Source: Auanema rhodensis (Eukaryota > Animalia > Nematoda). From it: 64,000 bases of DNA. A program made the position numbers and the translations under genes. Below the pieces are notes generated by a model. It had not been told where the DNA came from, did no database searches, and worked only from the letters and a program-made list of their open reading frames with translations. This document shows, in pieces, positions 1 to 6,597 of this stretch. The stretch is taken from the NCBI GenBank assembly GCA_964057225.1, contig OZ059895.1, positions 4,588,001-4,652,000 on the forward strand, read 5' to 3'. Position 1 is the first letter of the stretch; every line of letters begins with the position of its first letter.

Positions 1-393
1 CACGTATTAAAAAGACATGACGGGATTCAACCCGTATGTAACAGTTATATCAGCAATGCTGACTTTATTCAAAAATATGGACATTTGGATGGTGTTCGTA
101 GACGTTTGTGCCCTTATTGTAGTGAAACTTTTGGAACAAGATTCAATTGTCAGCGTCATATTCGGCGTCTTCATAATAGTAATGGAACGAATGGTAAAGA
201 TGGTGATGGAAATGATACCAGCGAACCCTCTGAAAAAACTGAGGAGTTTGTACAGTCAACCGAACCAAAACGATGCCGCTGCAATAGTAACCGAGAATAT
301 TCACAACACGAGCCGCGCATCGAACAAAACGGCGCTGAACTACCTTTTAAACCTTCGAAAATCGTAATGTGGTCTTGTATAACTGTTGAATAA
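1..393 (+). CDS. C2H2 zinc-finger protein, 5'-truncated by the window edge
   Basis: Frame 1 is open from base 1: HVLKRH (H-x4-H end of a preceding finger), then CPYC-x12-HIRRLH (complete C-x2-C-x12-H-x4-H). The TAA stop at 391-393 lies inside AATAAA (389-394). The ORF-track start at 85 is an internal TTG. Confidence 0.75.
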   Translation, partial: HVLKRHDGIQPVCNSYISNADFIQKYGHLDGVRRRLCPYCSETFGTRFNCQRHIRRLHNSNGTNGKDGDGNDTSEPSEKTEEFVQSTEPKRCRCNSNREYSQHEPRIEQNGAELPFKPSKIVMWSCITVE

Positions 394-403
394 AACATTT
401 ATT
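389..403. terminator. Back-to-back polyadenylation signals of two convergent genes
   Basis: AATAAA on + at 389-394 and on - at 398-403 (TTTATT), each overlapping the stop codon of its gene. Confidence 0.55.
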
Positions 404-1158
404 TCACATTTTTAACATGTAATGTAACAACTGTAGAACCATAATTAAATTGCATAGGGCGGCCAAATTCATCTAAAATTTCAATACGTATAGTATCGAG
501 TGTTTGCTTAGTGATTGGTACATAACGAATAGGATTAAATGTTTTGGCAATCATTTTACCAAATTCGGTGGGAGGTGGTACAGGTAAACATGCAAGTAAA
601 TTAGCTTTCACATTACCGAGAATGGAATATTCTACAATATCACAATATATATACATTGTATTAATGTTATTTGAAAAATCAATGGGGCGCCTGGCTATTA
701 ACGTGTCGTAGTGTTTTGTTAAATCGAAACGTGGCGTCTGCCAGCATTTCCTTGACAAGTTTAGCCTCAGCTTGTCGATTATTATACCACTTTTTCACAT
801 CTTCATCTTTATCTATCAAACCCTTTATACGTGCTTCTTCCTCAGCTCCAAGAGGTTTAGTGCTGCTAGCAATAAATTGTTCTTTTCCAGCATTGATTCC
901 GCGTATTATTTCATCACCATTTGCATAGTTACCTTTGGGCAAGTGCAGAATAAACTTTCTGTTGGAAAAACGTAGTGTATAAGAAAGATTTTCTTGTACA
1001 TTTAATATCGAACACGGAAAGATTATGTCTGTCAGCCCAATGCAATATCTGTTATTGCGTAGCCTTAATGTTTCAGGTAACCTGGTAAGAAACACTGATG
1101 AGGTATTACTTTTTTCAGAGTCAACTGATGACGGCAAAGTAATGTAAAAGTCATCCAT
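399..1158 (-). pseudogene. Polinton minor capsid (PX/penton-like) gene split by a frameshift near 695-720
   Basis: The N-half MDDFYITLPSS..NTSSVFLTRLP..L..YCIGLTDIIFP (679..1158) and the C-half RPIDF..MYIYCDIVE..ILGNVKANLL..FNPIRYVP..TIRIEILDEFGRPMQFNYGSTVVTLH (399..758) match the characteristic ends of the Polinton PX family. They lie in different, overlapping frames. Confidence 0.8.
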
Positions 1159-1237
1159 CAGAGACCACCACCTGATGCGTGCACACCAGTATAAATGAAA
1201 TCATTTGCATTATAGGTACATTTACGAGTGGTTGATT

Positions 1238-1885
1238 ATGGTTTTCAGCTTCAAACTACCCAGTCAGACAACTGTAATAGGGGCAACGCAATGTGGTAAA
1301 ACTACCCTTATAAAACGTATATGTGAAAATACTGAAAAGTTTTTCAACGTCCCCATTGATAGAATATTCTGGTTCAGTCAATGTGGAGCATCGTCAGGTG
1401 TTCCATTAAATGATGAGCGTTTAATAGTTATTCAAGGACCACCTGATCCGGATATAATAAAAGAGCAAAAGGGAGTAAACACCATACTAGTGCTGGATGA
1501 TTTGATGAATTTTTTCTCATCGAATAAAGCGGCTAAAGAATTACTCAACAACATTTTTACAGTGTGGGCACATCACTGGAATTTGGCAGTGTTTAATCTT
1601 GTGCAAGCTGCATTTCAGCTAGACAGGACCAGTCGAATTAATAGTACATATATAATACTGATGAAAAGTCATTCGGATATATTACAAATACGTAATTGTC
1701 TGCAACAATTATTTGGCCCCCGCTTTAAAAATGCTCTAGAAGCATATGATGATGCAATGTCTACACCCTATAGTCATTTACTGATTGACAACCATCCTTT
1801 AACAAATGAGAAACAGCGTATACTATCAGATATAACAGCGGAGCACCCTATTGTTTATGTAGCCAGAAATATATTCAGTGTTTAA
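1238..1885 (+). CDS. Polinton DNA-packaging ATPase (A32/FtsK-HerA family)
   Basis: Walker A GATQCGKT, Walker B ILVLDDL, then AHHWN..FNLVQ, RINSTYIILMK and PYSHLLID motifs. First in-frame ATG at 1238; the track starts at TTG 1205. Confidence 0.92.
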   Translation: MVFSFKLPSQTTVIGATQCGKTTLIKRICENTEKFFNVPIDRIFWFSQCGASSGVPLNDERLIVIQGPPDPDIIKEQKGVNTILVLDDLMNFFSSNKAAKELLNNIFTVWAHHWNLAVFNLVQAAFQLDRTSRINSTYIILMKSHSDILQIRNCLQQLFGPRFKNALEAYDDAMSTPYSHLLIDNHPLTNEKQRILSDITAEHPIVYVARNIFSV

Positions 1886-1897
1886 TGTGCATGTTCA

Positions 1898-2206
1898 ATG
1901 AGTGGTCGTATTTTGTCAAATTACAACTTTTTATCTTCTTGTGCCAAAACCCCTTGTTCTGTTTCCTCATTTTCTTTTTCACAAATTGAAATTATTGTTG
2001 AAATTGTATTTAATATTGTGAAAAATAATAATTTTCTCTTAACTAACAAGGAATATAAAACCCTTTTGCCCATATCCTCATTATTACGTCAAATAGCTTT
2101 GATACGCACACCCGAAAAGGCTAAAACTTTATTGGCAACGATTTCACACAAACAATTGAAAACAATAGTTTCATGCGGAATTGCTTATTTTGGTTTTAAA
2201 AGATGA
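1898..2206 (+). CDS. Small conserved Polinton protein (PW-like)
   Basis: 102 aa. The pattern I..IVEIVFNI..N..L....K.L.....LRQIA and the position directly after the ATPase resemble PW. ATGA overlap with the next ORF. Confidence 0.6.
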   Translation: MSGRILSNYNFLSSCAKTPCSVSSFSFSQIEIIVEIVFNIVKNNNFLLTNKEYKTLLPISSLLRQIALIRTPEKAKTLLATISHKQLKTIVSCGIAYFGFKR

Positions 2207-2940
2207 AACTCAATCATAAATATCGTCTAATCCCTGTTGATGATGAAACGCTGAATATAGACAAGTTTGATGCTGAATTGAAGCTCTTACGAGAGAATAA
2301 ATCTATACCCGATTATAAAAAGGCTGAACTATACGAAGACTTGATTACCCGTCTCAAAAACTATAGAGAAAGCATAGATGCGCCTATATCAGTACAAGTG
2401 GAAAATGCTGATCCACCATTATTGCCAGAATACAAGCTGCCACGAAAGTATAACGATCTGTGGGAAAGATTTCCAGAGGTGCGTACAAACAAAAATAACC
2501 AACTTGTGATTAATAATGAGCCCGTACCAAACACAAATATTACAAAAATTTTGGATTTTGTACTGGATAAAACAAAGACGGAACCCAATGGATTCTCAGT
2601 ATTAGCCAAATTCTTAGCCAGTAATGGGGTCTCTAGCCCTAACAAGAAGGCAAAAAATGTAGAGCCTGCCGTCAGTAACAAGGATTCAGTTGATCCCGTG
2701 CCTACATCCACATCGGCTGTCACAGACTTGGATGCTACTATTAATATATTACCTAGAACACCACGTCATCGTAAGGCTGTTATTCGATATTCACCCTCTC
2801 CGCGTCGTACATTCAAATCCAAAGCTATAAATAAAAAGGCAAAACCCGCTGACACTGGTGAATCATATTACACACCTCAGGCGGGAGAAACACAGAATGG
2901 CAAAGGCCGTAAACGATTCTACATTAGATTATGGAAGTAA
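2203..2940 (+). CDS. Conserved Polinton hypothetical protein with basic C-terminus (possible virion core protein)
   Basis: KYRLIPV..D.EL..L.....DYKKAELY..L.R and NQLVINNEPVPNTNI..ILD resemble the ORF often found between PW and the integrase. K/R-rich tail ending QNGKGRKRFYIRLWK. Confidence 0.7.
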   Translation: MKLNHKYRLIPVDDETLNIDKFDAELKLLRENKSIPDYKKAELYEDLITRLKNYRESIDAPISVQVENADPPLLPEYKLPRKYNDLWERFPEVRTNKNNQLVINNEPVPNTNITKILDFVLDKTKTEPNGFSVLAKFLASNGVSSPNKKAKNVEPAVSNKDSVDPVPTSTSAVTDLDATINILPRTPRHRKAVIRYSPSPRRTFKSKAINKKAKPADTGESYYTPQAGETQNGKGRKRFYIRLWK

Positions 2941-3964
2941 TGTTTTGGAGAACATTTATTATAATATTAAGCATCCAGCTTCTTATACGTCTGCCAAAAA
3001 TCTATTATTGGAAGCGCGAAAGCATGGCATCGCAAAAGCACAAGTTGAAAGTTTTTTGCAAGACTCTGAAACTTTTACACGTCATAAACCAACCAGACTG
3101 CATATGCAGACTAAAAAGACTAGAGGCTGTGGTCGATTCCTAACAATGCAAGCAGATTTGGTTGATATGCAAAAATATAAAAAATCAAATGACGGCTATG
3201 CTTACATGTTGACCATGATTGATGTTTATACACGCATGTTATATGTTAGGCCTTTGAAAACTAAAGGTGGTTTAGAGGTTGCTACTGCATTTGAAAATGT
3301 ATTCAAGGATTTTATACCAATCCAACTAATAACGGATAACGGTGCAGAGTTTTATAATAGTCATTGTGAAAAACTATTCAAAAAATTTGCCATACTGCAT
3401 GGATCAACAAGTTCACCACAAAAGGCGGCAATGGTGGAGCGAGCAAATAGAACTTTAAAAACGCGCATGATGAAATATCTCTATTACAAGAATAATCATC
3501 GATGGATAGATATACTAGATGACTTGGTCGAAGGAATAAACAAATCTTATAATCGGTCGATTAAAATGCGCCCCGTAGATGTTACAGCAAATATATTCGT
3601 TGAAGAATATGCACCAGCTGTTCGCAACCGATTCAAAATTGGTGATAATGTTCGCATAAGCAAGAACAGGCGTACTTTTGAAAAAAGTTACGAGTCTGGA
3701 TATACAATGGAACTATTCACAATTGATGAGATTGTAGCCGGGAACCCAACCGTGTATAAACTTGTAGATTATAATGGTGAACGTATAAAGGGAATATTCT
3801 ATGAGCCTGAACTTGTGTTGGCTACTAATAAAAGCAACCAGTACTATATTGAGAAAGTTTTGAAAGAGCGTACACGAAATGGTAAACGCCAAGTATTTGT
3901 AAAATGGAGTGGCTATCCCGACAACTTTAATGAATGGATAGATGCAGAAAATTTAAATGTATAA
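2897..3964 (+). CDS. Polinton retroviral-like DDE integrase with C-terminal chromodomain
   Basis: Catalytic triad QADLVDM / LITDNGAEF / VERANRTLK. N-terminal IYYN..HPASY. Chromodomain YYIEKVLKER...VFVKWSGYPDNFNEWI. First in-frame ATG at 2897; the track starts at GTG 2858. Confidence 0.95.
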   Translation: MAKAVNDSTLDYGSNVLENIYYNIKHPASYTSAKNLLLEARKHGIAKAQVESFLQDSETFTRHKPTRLHMQTKKTRGCGRFLTMQADLVDMQKYKKSNDGYAYMLTMIDVYTRMLYVRPLKTKGGLEVATAFENVFKDFIPIQLITDNGAEFYNSHCEKLFKKFAILHGSTSSPQKAAMVERANRTLKTRMMKYLYYKNNHRWIDILDDLVEGINKSYNRSIKMRPVDVTANIFVEEYAPAVRNRFKIGDNVRISKNRRTFEKSYESGYTMELFTIDEIVAGNPTVYKLVDYNGERIKGIFYEPELVLATNKSNQYYIEKVLKERTRNGKRQVFVKWSGYPDNFNEWIDAENLNV

Positions 3965-3997
3965 TTTTTCACTGTTGTTGTAAACAATTGTATTAAT

Positions 3998-4012
3998 AAT
4001 AAATGATTTATT
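3998..4012. terminator. Back-to-back polyadenylation signals (integrase on +, accessory transcript on -)
   Basis: AATAAA on + at 3998-4003 and on - at 4007-4012. Confidence 0.5.
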
Positions 4013-4015
4013 TGA

Positions 4016-4239
4016 TCAATCGTTCATATTGTAACAATAAAAAACCAGCAAAACATAAAAGCCAAGACAATGATATAACCTATAATTATAAACTGATTAA
4101 TATTTAAATTTTCAATGCTTACCAGTTGGTTTGAGAGTCGGCTGTTGATGGATAATTTCAAACTTCAAGAGCTGGAAAAAAAAAATGTTACGGCTAAGAA
4201 AATTTAAATATAACATAACAAAATCAACCAACTATCCAT
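4016..4239 (-). other. Possible small spliced membrane-protein gene or terminal exons (5' part unresolved or decayed)
   Basis: Exon 4171-4123, a 43-nt GTAAGC..TATAG intron (4122-4080) and exon 4079-4016 join to give LLKFEIIHQQPTLKPTGYIIVLAFMFCWFFYCYNMND*. The stop lies 3 nt before AATAAA. The upstream ATG at 4239 is not cleanly in frame. Confidence 0.35.
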
Positions 4240-4262
4240 TAAACAGTTTGTGCTTGTTGTAG

Positions 4263-4856
4263 TCAAAACGATGGATCAAAACGGATAAGCATATTCAAGT
4301 TGAGCGCCTGTTGACTTAATTTAAAGTAGAACACATTCTGCTTATAACCAAAAGACTTGACAGTTGACTCATCAGTATAAATGGCAATGTAACCCATATT
4401 ATTCAACAATTGTTTTGATGACATGCTAGAATAGGAACGCATCTGTAAAAGAAAAAATAATAATTAGAATTAATAATTTTATAATCTCACATTGATTGTT
4501 GAATTTTCAGGTTTATAATGACGGAAAACTTTTAAAAGCCCTAAGGCATCATTCCTCGCTCTACACTTGACACAGAGGCTGAAACAGTGGTACTCGTCTA
4601 CGACTTGCAATGTATCCCTACAAGTTTTGCAGAGACATATTGGTCTCATAACTACAGGCTGTTGTGGAGAGCTATCCTTTGAGATTTGTACCTGCTTTTT
4701 TGGTGTGTCTAAACAAAAAATAATTAATAACAAAAATAAAACCTTACCAAAGAATGTGGCAGCAAAGTTGGGTCCTGGTGTGGGTGGTCTTGGAACATCC
4801 GGTTCCGGTGTCGAAGGTACAATATTCTCTACATCAACAAGAGCGGAACGCTTCAT
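4263..4856 (-). CDS. Three-exon accessory gene, about 168 aa, with N-terminal D-box-like motif, S/T-P sites and a Cys/His cluster
   Basis: ATG at 4856 (AAACATG). Introns 4747-4709 (GTAAGG..TTTAG, 39 nt) and 4490-4443 (GTGAGA..TTTTACAG, 48 nt) are both AT-rich. The spliced frame stays open (109+218+180 nt) to TGA at 4265-4263. Confidence 0.65.
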
Positions 4857-4970
4857 GTTTGTAGCCCAATTGGAGGCTTTTCCTAAACAACAACGAACTT
4901 TTACGTCTAGGGTCCAAGTAGAGTAGAGGAAAGTCCTAGCAGCAGTCTGTTGACGTTGGATCAGATCGTC

Positions 4971-5078
4971 GGCTTGTTGGCAGAGGTGGATCGGCGAGAA
5001 GACTTGGTGGCGGAGCTGGATCGGAGAGTAGACTTGTTGACAGAGCTGGATCGTAGAGTCGACTTGTTGGCGGAGCTG
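4971..5078. repeat. 30-bp GC-rich minisatellite, about 3.6 copies
   Basis: Units start at 4971, 5001, 5031 and 5061; approximate consensus GACTTGTTGGCGGAGCTGGATCGGAGAGTA. Confidence 0.9.
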
Positions 5079-5196
5079 AAATGCAAATTTCGGTCTAAAA
5101 AATTTTGCCACCTTTTATACAAACTTTGTTGTAAAGCTCTACCCACTCCGCCTCTTTCACAAAACAGTTGACTGCTGTATGCGGCTTTTCTATTTG

Positions 5197-5299
5197 TTAT
5201 ATATTACAACAAATATATGCATTTATACATTAATTAGCAGTTTGTTGCGCAAACAGCTGCCAAATGCGCTAAAATACACCGATTGCGCCAACAGTTGCC
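5197..5299 (-). promoter_or_regulatory. Putative promoter of the accessory gene: TATA box plus duplicated 17-bp motif
   Basis: TATATAA on the minus strand at 5203-5197. TTGCGCAAACAGCTGCC (5245-5261) and TTGCGCCAACAGTTGCC (5283-5299). Confidence 0.4.
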
Positions 5300-5965
5300 G
5301 GATTAACAACCTGTAAACTATCCGCTTATTAATTACTTGTTACATCATTCGATTTCGTAAATACAAATATTTAACAATAATTCAACTCATTTGTGACAAG
5401 TCCCTATACAATAACAACTGTCATCCAAAATTGTGGAATATTACAATAGGATCGTTTAATATTGTATTCATATTCTTATTATAACAGCTGTGGTACACTC
5501 TTACTTTTATAGTTTAGGAAACACTAATTCAAAATGTTGGATCCTTCTGAGGAAACGCAGGATTGTTGCGAAAAACAGACTTGTACACATCCGATTACAA
5601 GTACAACATTTCCAGACACTTTGTAAAAAAGAAAGTCTTACAAAATGTTAACACATGTTCTAATTTTAAATGAAAATTTATTGTTCAATAAATATATTAC
5701 GAAACATTTATTCTATTCTTGAACATAGTTATGAAATACATTAGCTATCAGAACATTTATAAACTATTAGGGCTACAACAACAATTACTTTAAAGTAACA
5801 TTTTTGATGTTAAAAAGTTTGAAAATATTCGTATATACTCATGACCCCTTGGCATAGTAAGTATTCTTTAGCGTTATGGGTACATGTGGTGTACAGCTAT
5901 TTATCATATTTTTATGAACACAACTTTTGCCATGTGGTACATGTGTAGTGCACCTGTTTTAACGA

Positions 5966-6049
5966 TCTTATCGAATTAACCTTCGATATGTGTTTCATTA
6001 AATTTAGTTTAAATATTTATTACTTCTTATCGAATTAACCTTCGATATG
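5966..6049. repeat. Two exact copies of a 25-bp dyad-containing motif
   Basis: TCTTATCGAATTAACCTTCGATATG at 5966-5990 and 6025-6049, with core TATCGAA-N6-TTCGATA. Confidence 0.85.
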
Positions 6050-6099
6050 AGTTCCATTGATTAACCCATAAGAGGTACGCTGAACATATTGATTACCTT

Positions 6100-6402
6100 T
6101 TAAAAATATTTAAATAAATAAAAAACAATATATATGAGAAATAATTTATTCAGTTTTAAACATACAATTAAAAAATATATAAATATTAAAATACATTTAA
6201 AAAGAAATATTATTAAAAACACATTTAAAAAGAAACAATTAAATAATAATATTTACAAATACAATTTAAAATATATATAAATATTAAAAATACATTTAAA
6301 AAGAAATAAGTTTAAAAATATTTACAAATACAATTAACAAATATATAAATAATAAAAATTCATTTAAAATAATACATTAAAAAATAATTTAAAAAAAAAA
6401 AT
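6100..6402. repeat. Extremely AT-rich degenerate tandem repeat
   Basis: Recurring ATACAATT..AATATATAAATATTAAAA.TACATTTAAAAAGAAA blocks near 6162, 6259 and 6328; almost no G. Confidence 0.75.
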
Positions 6403-6597
6403 CATGCATTTTGATCCATGCGCAGGCTCGAGAGCCTGCCTCGGGAGGAAAAGTATATTTTTGACAGCTGACGCCGAAAATATGATTTTGACAGCTGACG
6501 CCCCCAAAAGTATGATTTTGACAGCTGACGCCCTCAAAAGTATGTTTTTAGCAACTGTTTGGGGGCGTGGTTAGTAAATTCGGCATGGCTCTCTACT
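6403..6597. repeat. Right terminal region (presumed TIR) of the Maverick with 28-30 bp subterminal repeats
   Basis: Hairpin GCAGGCTC-GA-GAGCCTGC (6422-6439). AAAAGTATGATTTTGACAGCTGACGCCC-type unit x3.5 (6449-6550). GC box GGGGGCGTGG (6561-6570). Terminus CTCTCTACT at 6597. The inner TIR boundary cannot be fixed because the partner TIR is outside the window. Confidence 0.7.

Larger units (their letters stand above)
1..6597. mobile_element. Maverick/Polinton element, right-hand portion (continues left of the window; probably defective)
   Basis: Tightly packed cluster of PX-type minor capsid, A32/FtsK-like ATPase, PW-like ORF and DDE integrase with chromodomain. It ends in subterminal repeats and ...GGCTCTCTACT (reverse complement AGTAGAGAG), matching the 5'-AG...CT-3' termini of Polintons. 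pPolB, protease and major capsid genes are not in the window. Confidence 0.93.

Noticed and set aside
17-398. ORFs 17..367 (+) and 171..398 (-)
   Set aside because: Alternative-frame shadows of the zinc-finger frame, with no recognisable motifs.
1560-1585. ATPase inactivated because AHHWN replaces an RH arginine-finger motif
   Set aside because: HH-x-N at this position is, to my knowledge, usual in Polinton ATPases, and the Walker motifs are intact.
671-3143. ORFs 671..928, 772..975, 2361..2723 and 2931..3143
   Set aside because: Antisense or off-frame overlaps of recognisable Polinton genes, lacking motifs.
1-3964. Prophage or LTR retrotransposon
   Set aside because: Eukaryotic poly(A) signals and nearby introns. 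The integrase is stand-alone beside capsid and ATPase genes and is not linked to the RT, which is DIRS-type and on a separate element.
4567-4926. 119-aa plus-strand ORF
   Set aside because: Antisense to the spliced gene with a non-ATG start; includes the reverse complement of an intron.
4479-5111. 210-aa ORF as a single-exon membrane protein
   Set aside because: The hydrophobic stretch KVLFLLLIIFCL is an in-frame 39-nt GT-AG intron, the start is GTG, and the stop lies within a second intron. The spliced model from ATG 4856 fits better.
6534-6597. Native C-terminus of the RT protein
   Set aside because: These codons are Maverick terminal sequence read through after the insertion point.
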